64,000 nucleotides of DNA from Phoronis australis. Lineage: Eukaryota; Animalia; Phoronida. Shown here in pieces: positions 26,745 to 39,216 of the stretch. The first letter of the stretch is position 1; the number at the start of each line of letters is the position of its first letter. Position numbers and translations under genes: made by a program. Under the pieces are notes generated by a model, which made no database searches, was not told the DNA's origin, and saw only the letters and a list, made by a program, of their open reading frames with translations. The stretch lies in NCBI GenBank assembly GCA_002633005.1, contig NMRA01000008.1, positions 143,279 through 207,278 of the forward strand, written 5' to 3'.

Positions 26745-27843
26745 CTTGTGAATGAATTTTTATTCAAGAAAGCGCATGAGATAGCTGAGAGGGAAAGACA
26801 TGGTGGACACTATTACAGCACTCATAGCGCCCACCATAGCAGGGGTAAGTGTTGTGTACCTTTATTGCATTGTGAGTCAAATCTCTTATTTGTCACAGTA
26901 CCTAAAATTTGAGATACCAAATAACAACCTAAAAACAGACTGTTTATTCTGGGCATTGGGACATGTGTAATTTTGATTCTCAAATATGATGCATAGTGTT
27001 TCGCATCAATATGTGAAAATATTTCTGACGGAGAGTTCTAAGACCCCTTCAACCCCACACCCCTCGACCCACAACCCCACGACCCACAACCTGTGGCAAT
27101 AGAGATGTTTTTGAGATTTTACATATTGCATAATCTTATTACATCGCTAAATGACTTTCCCATAAGACATACCTACAAGTGAGTCTGGTGATTAAAAACA
27201 GATAGTGGCATGAAAACATGATCTGAAACAGCACATTGTGAGCGCGCTATCGTTGTTACGGAAATAGTTCCACCAGCGGCTACATNCTTGTGAATGAATT
27301 TTTATTCAAGAAAGCGCATGAGATAGCTGAGAGGGAAAGACATGGTGGACACTATTACAGCACTCATAGTGCCCACCATAGCAGGGGTAAGTGTTGTGTA
27401 CCTTTATTGCATTGTGAGTCAAATCTCTTATTTGTCACAGTACCTAAAATTTGAGATACCAAAGAACAACCTAAAAACAGACTGTTTATTCTGGGCATTG
27501 GGACATGTGTAATTTTGGTTCTCAAATATGATGCATAGTGTTTCGCATCAATATGTGAAAATATTTCTGACGGAGAGTTCTAAGACCCCTTCAACCCCAC
27601 ACCCCTCGACCCACAACCCCACGACCCACAACCTGTGGCAATAGAGATGTTTTTGAGATTTTACATATTGCATAATCTTATTACATCGCTAAATGACTTT
27701 CCCATAAGACATACCTACAAGCGAGTCTGCTCTGGCTCAAGTTTGGTGATTAAAAACAGATAGTGGCATGAAAACATGATCTGAAACAGCACATTGTGAG
27801 CGCGCTATCGTTGTTACGGAAATAGTTCCACCAGCGGCTACAT
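26745..27843. other. Near-identical direct duplication (26745-27285 / 27287-27843) joined by a single N; probable uncollapsed haplotypes
   Basis: Copies differ by a few SNPs and one short indel and meet exactly at N27286. Confidence 0.85.
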
Positions 27844-28386
27844 TCTTATAAGCTTAAGGAGAGAGAACCTTAACGTGAATGTATATACTTTCACATTTTT
27901 ATTATTTGCTTTCTGTTGTATGCTCGTTTACAATATAACATTGAAATACTTTTTAGTAGACAGTTGTTTTTTCAAACTGCATTTACTGATGAAATTACAG
28001 TTTTGTCGGTTCCTCGATCTCTACGCAAAAAAGATTGAATCTGCATGCCCTTCCCTGAAGAGCAGACGAGACGATTACGTTCTGCCGAAAAATGACATTT
28101 GTAACGTTGGTAGGTCTTTGATTTGATTTGGTCGCGTTGTTTGTTTCTGTTTTTGGCTTTCAAATTAACTTGCGGAATAGACTCTCTTAATTGCAAAATA
28201 ACAGGGAAAAGCCAGCTGAACTCACGGCCCGACTAACTGGTCCTGTAAGTCAGTGCTCGTTTTATGTTCAGATCAAGTCAAGCTTGTGTAGACTGGATCG
28301 AGGGGATTTTGGGTCGTAGGGTTGTGGGTCGAGGGGATCAAGGGGTGTGGGGGTCGAAAGGGTCGAAGAGGTTTTAGAACTACCCG
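27571..28386. mobile_element. Non-autonomous TIR element with TTTCTGA target-site duplication
   Basis: CGGAGAGTTCTAAGACC...GGTTTTAGAACTACCCG, with subterminal CGACCC(C/A) repeats and TTTCTGA on both flanks. Confidence 0.7.
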
Positions 28387-29527
28387 TTTCTGACTGATCA
28401 TGTGTTACAAAGTGTAAGGACTAAATTGATATATCAATGCATGAAATGATTGTTGTGACAAGCCAGCTTGTAGCCTTGCTTGTAGCTTGTAGGTCTCAAA
28501 CAATATGAATTGTCAGTTCTTTTAAAGTGCTGAAATCACATCCAGTTTGACTGTGGAAAAACTTGAGATCAATTTCATAATGGTAAAAGCATGGTCTAAA
28601 TCAAATGTTGGATTTTTTTGCTGCTTGAAAATGTGTACACAAAATCAAAGTGTTTCTTTCACATTCAACATTAAGATTACAAAGTTATAGACTAAACAGT
28701 CACAATAAAAGTCATCTATCTTTCAGTACAAAGTTTTTTATAACCATTAAGAGAATTTCCTAACATTTCTTTGGCAGTATTTGACATCAGTTTAAAGTCA
28801 ATCTAATACTCAATATAGTACTGTTACAGAGCATTACCAAGTTGCCCATGACATGGATAATGACACACTACATTTTGCATCAAGCCCAGGAGAGGACATA
28901 TTTTCTCACTTGGTAACCCTAGCTGGTACGCATCTGGCAACTCAAGGGGTTGTTGTCGAAGTCCAAATGCGACTCACAAGAAAGGGTACATCAGACTCAA
29001 AAAGAAAATGTCACGAAAAATATGAAGCTTGGCCCCTGTGAAAATGGTATCGCGAAAAAGGTATGGGTACACAATGAACATGCACAAGTAAATATTCGAG
29101 CTCAACATTCGATCACTTGTACGATTGAGCGCTGATCAGAGTTCCAGTGTTTTTTTGGTCATCACTTTGTACGAGGTCAATTCCGGGAATATACCAGTAA
29201 GTGCATGGACTCATATTTTCGACGAGAGATTTTCACCTGTCGAGTACTGATAACCATATGTTCATAAAATAGTTCTGTACCACAGATGCAACAATGCTAG
29301 AATATATCTTGAAAAACAAAAAAGGTAATTTCGGCAATTATTTTCGTCCAAATTCCTAATAGAAAATTTCTTCTTTTGGCGATGTGCTTATTTCATAAAA
29401 TTAACTAATATATAGTTTTTGTCGACACAAATAGTACGTCAGACACTTGGTTAGTAGTGGCATGCAGAGGTTCGGCGATGCCCAAAGCGATTTTGTTATT
29501 GGACACCCCTCTCTCTCTACCCAAATG

Positions 29528-29748
29528 CATGCCACAGTGACTATGCATGGATTTGCACCCCCCCCCATTCTGTATGCTACAGTGACTATGCATGGATTTG
29601 CACCCCCCACCCCCATTCTGCATGCTACAGTGACTATGCATGGATTTGCATCCCCCCACCCCCATTCTGCATGCTACAGTGACTATGCATGGATTTGCAT
29701 CCCCCCCCCCCCATTCTGCATGCTACAGTGACTATGCATGGATTTGCA
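29528..29748. repeat. Minisatellite, ~45-49-bp unit (CATGCTACAGTGACTATGCATGGATTTGCA-C-run-ATTCTG)
   Basis: About 5 copies with variable C tract. Confidence 0.95.
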
Positions 29749-29919
29749 AGCTAGTGGACGAGGAAATGTGCACTGTTTAACCCAGAGAATTCCTCGGCTC
29801 ATCACTCTTGGTGGCGCCATCACAGATTGAAGTGAGCTAGTCGCTATTCGTGGGCTTGGCTGAACGTGTTGGACAAGATAATCCTCCATCACAGCACTAC
29901 AAACCCCAGGTGGTTTGAC

Positions 29920-30795
29920 ATTGTCATGCAGCCTATATAGTGAGGCACTCTCATTTTACACAACAAATTCAGCTTTCAAAAAACGTCATTTCTCAATATG
30001 TAAGAACCGAACCCCGGCTTAATGTTTTATACCTGTGAAAGAAAGTTAAGTTAACAGTAGTGACATGCGTGTCATTTCGTGACTGACCTATTTTTCCTGT
30101 ACATGGAAGGCATTTAGGAGTAAATTTGAATTACCCGATGGAAAGTTGCACGGAGTCGTGAATAATTTCGAGGCTTTTCATTTCACGGAAATTAAATTGT
30201 TGAGTCTGTAAATATAGTATAAAAAGTCCCACATTTTTGTTGTAAAATTTGCACTGAATCGGTCTCGCTCATCCGAATATGTCATTCGGCTAGGGCAACG
30301 TTTCAGATTTTTTTTCAGCAGGATTTCTAACGTCGAGTTAAGTTGCAAAGTTTGGGCTGCGAGGAGGGAGTTTACACTCAGAGTTCGTTTGGATCTTTAG
30401 CGACTTTGATGACAGTCATATCGCAGGTCAGGCCTAGCAAAATCGCGGGTATTTTTTCAACCAGTAGTTTCTTCCTTTTCACATTGTAATCTTAACTACT
30501 CGAATGCATATGTCGGTTAGAGAGCACTTACACAACTTTCACGTCGGCAGCTAGCCTTACGATCTTAGGCCTTTTAATGGCAGTCGTGAAGAACAGTAAC
30601 GCCGAACCTGCACATAAGAACTCAACCTTGCAACTTGAAATTTGTGAGTCTTTAATGCTTCAGGTAAGAGAATTATATAAACATTTTCTCGGTGATTTAA
30701 AAAATCAATTTTGGAGCGAAAATTTGGAAATTGCAACCAGGGATTTTGGCTAGGTCACAAAATGCGACCTGGCGATTTTCATAGCGTCGAATCCT
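29920..30795 (-). mobile_element. Dispersed DNA-transposon-like repeat, inverted relative to the 39294-40210 copy
   Basis: Reverse complement of CAGGGCTCGACGCT..AAATCGCCAGGTCGCATTTTGTGACCTAGCCAAAAT, with ~850 bp of colinear similarity. Confidence 0.75.
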
Positions 30796-31779
30796 GATTG
30801 ATTTGCGTATCGATTAGGACGGGTTACCCAGTCTGGCCTAGGCTTGGTTAAGCGCTGGGGTAACAAATGTTACTGCAGGATTTGTCCCATGTTTCTCAAC
30901 CAGCTGCTCTACAACTGTCAAGGTTGCTGGAAGGACAAAGACGTGATGGTTGTGAGATAAGTTTACTTCTTCATTCAAAGTTTTACCAATATTCATGTAG
31001 TAAAATTATCTGCAAATTAACTCGAACTAAAATAACTTGGAAATAGGCAAGTGGCCTACAGGGTACAGCCAGGACACTGACTGTTGTCAACCCATAATGC
31101 GACTTTGTGTTGTGATAGCCAGTCCAGAATAGCCAGCAAACCTACTCAGGATGGTCAACATTCATGATAGATAGTACCCCCTTCTCAACTGGCCCCACCA
31201 GAGACAGTGGTCATCCCATAGGCCTTCCATACTCCGAAACGTTTCAGCGAATTATGCCTCACACAAGTTAAACCATCAAAGTGAAACTGATAATCGTGGA
31301 GGTCGCGATACGACGTCATCTTCCCTGGTGCTACACAGTGACTTCTGTCTCGACCGGCCTTCAAGACGGTGAAGCTGATAGGCGCTTAATTCATACACTG
31401 GAAGCTTTTCAACAAATTATGCCTCACAATTATTGAAACATCAGTCACAATGTTATAAGTACCTTTTATGCTTAGGGGTACACCTTAGGAGGCTGCATTT
31501 GTCTTCAATTCCTTCCAACTTAAACAAATACTCTCGTAGTCAAACTTTTTCTTCAAGCAGTCCTTTATTTTTTATAAACATGTTATTTCTAAATACACTA
31601 AGATATACAGCAATGAATTGCTGAGGGTTTCCCAAAAGGCAGTTTTACGGGGTTGTATATTTCTTACTTTATAATTATTATACAAGAAATATTGAAATTG
31701 TGAATATCTAGGAATAATCTGGTCTTTAGAGCATTTATGAATGAAATCCTAACAAATAGTTATTGTTATTTTCATAACC

Positions 31780-33107
31780 ATTCTTCGAGCGGTTTGCTTG
31801 ATAGAGGGGTGGACGCAAAAAACAGACTCAAAAACAGTAAAAATGGCCACTACGTGACGCAAACTACGTTGCATCTATCCGAAAACAAGAGAATAATGTC
31901 ATCTCACTAATACCTGCCTACATATTGAATTTTATGAAAATCCGTTGAGGACTTTTGAAGATACAGAGGTTAACGTAAAAAACTAAAATTGCCACTAGGG
32001 GGCACACCGGTAATCGGATCTGTCTGTAAGTTGTCACCATGTGTTGTCAACGTCATATAAATACACTTCCTAAATTTAGTAATGATCCCTCAAACAGTTT
32101 AGGAGATATAGCCATAAGCGCAAAAAAAACAAAACTGCCACTAGGAGGCGCCACAGTAGTGCAAATCACCATCAGCCGTCCACTTCACAGTGAAAACATA
32201 CATGCCAATTTTCACAATCATCCTTTAAGCGGTTTGGTTGATAGAGAGATGGAAGCAAAAAAACAGACTCGAAAACAGTAAAAATGGCCACTAGGTGGCG
32301 CAAACTACGTTCAACCCATCTGACTCGCTGGTTCCCCGCGTGCTTAGCCCAGCCAGCACGCAGGTATCACGCATTGGTCGATGTAACCTCGGCAGTCATT
32401 GGTTAGCTTTACAACAACGTGAAAAAATGGCGGGCTGTGAACAATTTTTAGCCTTGTCATGCAAGTGGCGTCGCAGAAACTATTTCGTTTCTGCAGTGAT
32501 GTTTAATAGCCGCGTGCTTGAAGCACATACATGTACAATAAACACATATCTAGGCTTCACATTTCCTGAACATAAATTTTAAGCACAAGATTTGTCTGCA
32601 CAACAGACCCCACTTACACTTCAGTCCATCAGTCATACCAATTTGATTGCGTAAAGCGCTGCCTGTTGAGAATTTGACTAGCCAATCAGAAACGCCGGTG
32701 TAAAAAAATTTACCGAGGAAAATTAAGTGATACCTGCGTGCTGGCGCGGCTACCGCCCCACCTAGCGGCACGCAGGGAACCAGCGAGCCCATCTGAAAAC
32801 GGCAGGACAGCGTCATCTCACTAATAGGTGCCTATATACCAAATTTTATTTTATTTTATTTATTTAGGACTTTTGAAGATACAGAGATAAACGTAAAAAA
32901 CTAAAATTGCCACTAGGGGGCACAACGGTAGTCGGATTCGTTCCAAAGCTCGCTCATGCCGTCCCATTCACGGAAGGAACACATGTGCAAAATTTCATGA
33001 ATATACGTCAAGGCGTTTTGGAGATAGAGCAGCGGACGCCGGATGGACGGACGAAGATGACGGCATAATGCGTCGGGTCCACATATAAATATGTGGGTGC
33101 ATAAAAA
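31780..33107 (-). mobile_element. Helentron-associated (HINE/DINE-1-like) non-autonomous element
   Basis: Reverse complement starts TTTTTATGCACCCACATATTTATATGTGGAC then a GTCC microsatellite. Internal ~147-bp tandem units. Homologous to 40530-41870. Confidence 0.65.
32324..32787. mobile_element. MITE with 9-bp target-site duplication (Mutator-like length)
   Basis: TIRs CTCGCTGGTTCCC(C/T)GCGTGC. CCCATCTGA is duplicated at 32315-32323 and 32788-32796. Confidence 0.85.
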
Positions 33108-34300
33108 TTACATTCAAAATATGTTGTCAAAATAATGTTTTTACCTAAGATTAAATCGTGTTGTGCAGTATTAAATTAAGTTTCTGAATTTCACACCACA
33201 ATGTTTTCACAGAACCACATTCCACAAGCATTTGGTTAAAAGCTTCAACAGCAGTCCTTTATTCAATTGCCCAAATCGTAAATTGGTCATTTTTAACACT
33301 GTGCTTATTCGTAGTTTTACCGCACTCGCCAGGAGCACGCGCAATGTTAAATATGGGCAGTTGACTATTTGGGCAACTGAACGAAGGACTGCTCGAAGAA
33401 AAAGTTTGATAACAGGAGTATTTGTTCAGGTTGGAAGGACTTAAAGACATCGACTGCCTCCTATGCAGGCATAATCCGTTGAAAAGCTTCCAGCGTACGA
33501 AGTGCCTATAGAAACTTCACTGTCTCAAAGGTCGGTCAAGACGGTGGTCACTGTCTCAAAGGTCGTTCAAGATGATGGACAATTCGTAAAAAGTTTGATT
33601 GTGGGAGTATCTGCTCAAACTGGGAAGATTTAAAGACTCCGACGGCCTCTTAAGGTCTCCCTCTATGCCAAAAACGTACTTATAAGCAACACGACTTGGA
33701 TGGTTTATAATCACTGAGTGTGGGGCATAATTTGCCGAAAAGCTTCCGGCGTATGGAAGGATGACTACCGTCCCTACTGGGGCCAGTTGAGACAGCGGTA
33801 CTGACTAAATTCCTGAAATATCAATCAATTCTGATCAGATTGCGTCTCGCTGATCATTAAATGCAGTAACTTTTCCACTAACAGTCCACACTATCACATG
33901 CTCACACAATATGTGCAGATGTAACAGTCAATCGGTGACAACAGCATACCGAAGTTATCTATGAAGTGGCTTACGATTGCATCACGGTCAGTTTTGCATT
34001 ACTTATTTAGTGTCAACCTATTACAGCTGTACCTGGTGTCAACAGACGATGCAGTATTACAGATACTTTTTTATGAAGACAAGACATCGCATATTTTAGA
34101 TAACTTGCACGTTAAAATATCAAGTATTGTGCTGAATCTGTAGAGAATGTTGTAAATAATATAAAGGCCACTCTATTACTCTAAATGACAATCACTCGCC
34201 TACCACTCTTCGCCGGGACTTCACAAGTTAAGTTGGCCGACTGGTTAGCATTGACATGTTGAAGCGAGAAATGTACTGGGTTCAAAACTTGGAACAAGGT

Positions 34301-34500
34301 GGTTTTCACTTTAATATACTTACAAGACATGGTGCAATACGTAAAGTTTCTTCAACTGTTCCCCACGCAGTCTAACTTCCAATCTTTTCCTCGTGCCGAT
34401 CTACACAAATTTTCCCGGAAAAGCTAAAATTAGAAGGTGAGTCATATACACTTCCGGGCCAGAAGCATGTGACCTATATATGTGGGGATTTCCCGGAAGC
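34301..34500. promoter_or_regulatory. Candidate immune-responsive bidirectional promoter
   Basis: GAS TTCCCGGAA at 34412 and 34490, kB GGGGATTTCC 34484-34493, AP-1 TGAGTCA 34438, ETS CACTTCCGG 34449, TATATA 34475, IRF-E-like GGTTTTCACTTT 34301. Outward-facing donors at 34323(-) and 34437(+). Confidence 0.6.
34324..34330 (-). CDS. IRF: Candidate distal IRF first coding exon (ATG TCT T)
   Basis: gcaccATGTCTT|gtaagt: good Kozak context and consensus donor. Phase 1 fits exon A and gives MSFSAESRQRLRPWL. Requires a ~23-kb intron. Confidence 0.45.
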
Positions 34501-34949
34501 ATAAAAGTTATGAAATCAAGCATTAAATGTTGTTCTTAAACATACTGAATTTTTATTTAATAATTACATAAAAATTATGGAAATTTTACAAAACCTTTTA
34601 AGTTGCTGCTGTATTGTGTTTTCTTTTCAAAAATAATTTGCATGTTGAAGGTAATTTTTTATCAACAGCCGTCCTGATAAAATTTTAAGCGGGTTTCAAG
34701 TTCCAGAAACATGTAGCCTACAATGAAAGTCAGAATATCAAAAAATGATGTAAGTACCCTCTGCAATTTGCAGTGCACGAGAAATTTATTGCCCTGTATT
34801 GTCTCCTGGTGACCTGTTCGCTCCATTTTTAATGTGTCTTATGACTGTGCTGGAACTTGGAATTCCCATTCATTTCGAAATCGCCGCTGGTGTCATTGAT
34901 TCACTTGATTGGAGTACCCGCAAATAATCACGTTCACGTTTATAAAAAT

Positions 34950-35270
34950 TGCTCCAGGCCTCCAACATCGACAAGATAGAAAGAATACGGTGTAAAGCAG
35001 TTAGGTTCGTTCTAAATGGTCACTCCAAATACTCCTCTCTGTTACGTCTATGCTCACCACTCTCAAATGGCCCACTCTTCAAGAAAGACGTGCTCAAAGT
35101 TTAACACGAAACGAAATGTCTGTAGGCAGCCTACAAGACCCGAACAACCTGCTTTACATTCCCAGCACATACCTTCCTACCTTCCACCCCTACATATTTC
35201 TAGATCACTCCCACTCTCATACCTTTGACTGAACATACATTTGCACTGCATACTATGCAAACTTCTCTTC
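34950..35270 (+). mobile_element. LINE ORF2 C-terminal fragment
   Basis: ASNIDKIERIRCKAVRFVLNGHSKYS..SVTSMLTTLKWPTLQERR, typical of the region after the RT domain in CR1/L2/Jockey-group LINEs. Confidence 0.8.
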
Positions 35271-35463
35271 CTGTAATCGGGATGCTCGGGTGTGTCTCGT
35301 TATCGAGCCCGGACGGAACTTGTGAACTATTTTAGTGAAACGAATTAACTTTTTTTTAAATGAAAGGAAACAATTGCCATGTTGTACTATATAGTATGCA
35401 GCTGTTGTAGATGTGCTTCCGATGAATCATGAGCCTCTGTTTGCTACTCGTTAACGGGCAAAT

Positions 35464-35533
35464 GCCTATTAACTGAATGGTTAGTATGCTCGCCGGTTTT
35501 ATGGGGGTCGCTGGTTCGATTCCCGAGTCGGGT
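35464..35533 (+). mobile_element. Degenerate tRNA-like head (SINE or tRNA pseudogene)
   Basis: A-box-like TAACTGAATGGTTAG and B-box GGTTCGATTCCC at tRNA spacing. No complete cloverleaf. Confidence 0.4.
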
Positions 35534-37298
35534 AATCTCAGCTATTACTACAAATGGCGTAGTCGGCAAACGGATGATCTACCAATTAAGCACTGCCAAC
35601 TAGTACCCGCAGTATGAGGCCGTGAAACTTCTCCGTGTCTGTGGCCGTCATTTCGTCGACAGTGATTTTTCTGACAAATTTCGGCTTACCAAAGAACTAT
35701 CCATATGTTCCGTTGCATGTTCATGGCGCCTCTGTAGTATTCCTTGATCGGTGTATTCCGGTTGGAACTGATAGCCTGTGAAACCTAATGATCCGACCCG
35801 TGAAGTCTTCGTCGGATGAGCTCTTGACTAAGTCGGTATTAGCGCTGGACGAGTTGCCATGTAGATGTTTATTATTCTGCGTTCTGTTTCAAAATGAATT
35901 ATTCTCATCCTAACCAATGCTTACATAAAACTGAAACAAAGTCTGTCTCATTAGATACAATTTGTAATGCCTTTGGAGTATTCGTGAGTGCAAAGGTTGA
36001 GAAGCCAGCAATGAAGGACCACTACGTTACCGGCTTTTGATGCCATTAATGACCAGGCACCAAGGCCGTGTGAGCGCATGCTAATTCAGTGTTTGCTGAC
36101 AGAAAGCTGTTGTGAAACAATTACTCGATTTTATATGCTATGGTCACATATTAGGGGAATCCTTACTTAGAAATGCAAATACATTATTCAAATCATCCTT
36201 AATCCGTGTAAGTGCCCCCCTTGTGTATTAACGGTGAAGAATCGCTGCTTAGCTGCTAATATGCGATTGAAAGCCTTCAATTGATGCTAATATGCAGAAT
36301 CGTTATAATCTCAAGCAGGTAGCCCGCCACTTACACGGAATGACGGCTACTCTTTCAGTTCTATTAGCATCGATCGAAGGTTTATAATCGCATATTAGCA
36401 GTGAATCTACGATTTTTCATCTTTAGAACACTGGATGCACTACTTACAGTACCTGACAGGCTACCCTTGCAATTCTGCATATAACATCGATTGAAGTCTT
36501 TCATTTACATATTAGCTGCTAATCAGTCATTGTTCACCATCAGAACACTGGGGGGCGCTACTTACATGGAATGACCCACTAGTCAAATGGTGAGACCTCT
36601 AGGGGCGTGACTTGCTGCATTCCCATAAAGTGTGGCTTGTCAGACTGATCTTGTGGGCCGCTAATCTGTGATTGTTTCAGCATTATTCTTGCTAATCTGA
36701 AGTGTAGCTGAATAGCGTGCTATTCTGTGATTGTAATGTTGCTAATCATAGACAAACTATTCAGCCAATCCTGCTGGCTGAGAGCATCCAGGAGCAGGGT
36801 GTCGCCAACAATAGATGCCAGGGTGTGTGTGGAATATTTATTGTCAGGGCCTTCCAGCCTCAATTCCTCAATTTTGGGGCTGAAAAAGCAGTAAGCAAAG
36901 GTTCACTGAAGCATTTGTTTAAGGAATACAGAACAGCTTACTTGTAGTAAATGTGATTAGGTTTTGTAGGTAAAGATCTAACTGTTAACTGTTATTTTTC
37001 TTGCAGTCTGAAATTTCTTGAGAGTGGTCAGTCATTGCTAGAACTGGAACATATTCATAATTTAATGTGTTATTTTTATTTTGTTCTTGACCGAGTTCCT
37101 CAAATGTCACCATACCTTCTGGTCCAATCTACTGGCAGAATAGTTGGAAGCGTTTCCTAGAAATTTATGGACTGAATTGAACATGGAAAGCTCATGTTGA
37201 AAGCTCTTAGTTTTGATGATGGTTGTGTGGAGATAAGTGTGGGTTAACTTACTGCTTACTCTGGAGAATAAGTTGATCATTGGTCTCTGGAGGCATGG

Positions 37299-37965
37299 CA
37301 ATAGAAGATATTCACTTACTTAGAGACGGTTCAGGTTAGACGCAGATGTTTCGGCCTGGCCATGTTGAAAATACTTTGCGCGTTGGATATCAGGAATGGA
37401 TATACCCAGACCCCCCCCCCCCCCAAGTCGTAAACGTACTGAAAAACTCAATGGTGCCTCTGTCGCCATCCCAACATACTTATAGAACCCACGGAATTTC
37501 TTCATACATGAAACCTATCAACACTCTTCGATCCTTAATAGTCAGACCCAAAGACCTGACCCCGATGGAAAACAATGTGGTCTCATTTACCAGCTGAAAT
37601 GTGACCAGTAGCCAACCACACCAACATTGGAGAAACCAAAAGGCCATTCTTAACCAGATTCAAAGAACACCAGAAATTAGACAGACCCACAACTATGCGG
37701 GAACACATATTGGCGACTGAACATTCTATCTCCTTTGAATCGTCTAAGATCTTAGCCAAAGAACAGAATTAGTATGCTCGCAAGTTAAAAGAATCCATAA
37801 ATATCAGCAGTCAGCGCCCTCTCTTGAACCGGGACCGAGGTCTACACTTACCTCCTGTGTGTTCGAACATACTTAATCAGCGAAAGGCGGGAAACCCCTC
37901 ACTCAGGCCGAAACGTCTGCGTCTAACCTGAACCGTCTCTAAGTAAGTGAATATCTTCTATTTCA
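37299..37965 (+). mobile_element. 5'-truncated Penelope-like retroelement (GIY-YIG end) with inverted pLTR copy
   Basis: GISSYMKPINTLRSLIVRPKD..GLIYQLKC..IGETKRPFLTRFKEH..HSISFESSKILAKE..RKLKESINI..LNRDRGLHLPP. 37299-37358 is the inverted copy of ~37903-37962. Confidence 0.9.
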
Positions 37966-38029
37966 ATTCACTGCTTATGTTTAAACCTTTTGGTTTTGGT
38001 TTTCAGAGGTCCTGTGCCAAACTTAATGA

Positions 38030-39216
38030 ATGGCTCATCATTACCAGCAGAGAGAATTGATAATGAGATATGGTAGTCGGTCCCCGCCCTTCGTCAGGGA
38101 CGAACAATACTACAGGGGCGCGCGTTATGACCCCAGAGCTTCTAGCGTGCCTTATAGACGAATAGTCTCATCTCGTAGAGGATCTACGCCCCATCGTGAT
38201 GAATACCATGCAAGTTCACGTGAACATTCGCCTCCATATGGTGGGGGATATTCACACCGTTCAGCTAACCGCCACCATATTGGCAGAGACTGTCCATATG
38301 AGCGAAGTATGAGTCGAAACCCTTCTATTCATCGGCGGAGGCGTAGCTCGGACGACAATTCCTACAGAAATCGTCATGGCATTCGAGAGCAGAGTTTAAG
38401 ATCAAACAGCGCAAGCTTTGGCCGCTCGTACTCGCCGCCACATAGACGCAAACATGGCAGTGGTCCCTCCCACATAGGGCGTAGCTTGCCAGCGGACAAG
38501 CTGTTGCAAGAAAGACCGCATGGTAATAATGGTCAAAGGTACAATCGAGAGCCTGCAAGACATGCTTCTCCCAAGCATAAAGAAGGGAAAAAGTTGAACC
38601 ATCAAGAATCAAAGCAAGGGTCTCCTAGTAATAAGTCCCACGTTAGAGAAAAGATGGTTCAGGATTTGTACAATAAAACTGAAGAAGAAGCCACGGCAAG
38701 CAGTATGGATGGTACAGACAAGTTGAGAATAAGCAGTTGTTCTGTTCAGGTGCAAGGTCATCAGAGTAAAGGTGGATCCTGTAAAAGTCCTCTTTTGGCT
38801 ACAACTCAAAAATCCAGTACTTCTAGCTCGGAAAGAAGCATAGATGTTGAAATGCAGAGCACTGAGAACACTTCGTCAAAGTCGGATAACATGAAGGAAA
38901 CTAGCGGAGCAAGCAATGACGTTTCTGAGGATCAGTTACAGCCATGTAAAGTCTCGGAAATGTCACGGCCGCGATCTCTCTTCGACTCCTTTGCTCAGGA
39001 TCTGTGTCGTAAGGGGTCAACTGATTCTGGTGACAGGAGTGTCAGTGATACAGACCAGCCTGGCAAAACTAGCCCAAGCAATGTTGATAATATCGGTAGT
39101 ACAACGATGACTGAGGATACTAGTTCTATGATGTCTGATGATGATGAAGATGATGATGATGATGATGAAGACCTGCCAAGTTTGTCGACATGGTGGAGAG
39201 ACCTTGAAGACATGAG
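38030..39216 (+). CDS. SLF2: SLF2-like coding exon 1 (R/S/H-rich low complexity, acidic tract)
   Basis: 411-aa ORF. Acceptor tttcag at 38006, donor AG|gttagt (phase 2). Confidence 0.85.

Larger units (their letters stand above)
31173..33802. mobile_element. Long-TIR element (arms ~31173-31620 and ~33230-33802) with nested insertions
   Basis: AGTACC..TCTCAACTGGCCCCA at left and TGGGGCCAGTTGAGA..GGTACT at right, with extended inverted similarity (ORFs 31433+ and 33259- translate alike). Confidence 0.7.

Noticed and set aside
26745-27843. Biological segmental duplication
   Set aside because: Copies meet exactly at a single N and differ at allele level, so it is most likely an assembly artefact.
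29528-29748. CRISPR-like array or repetitive protein ORFs
   Set aside because: The apparent spacers are only variable C runs; this is an ordinary minisatellite.
34232-34295. tRNA gene
   Set aside because: A- and B-box-like motifs only, with no acceptor or anticodon stems. At most a decayed SINE head.
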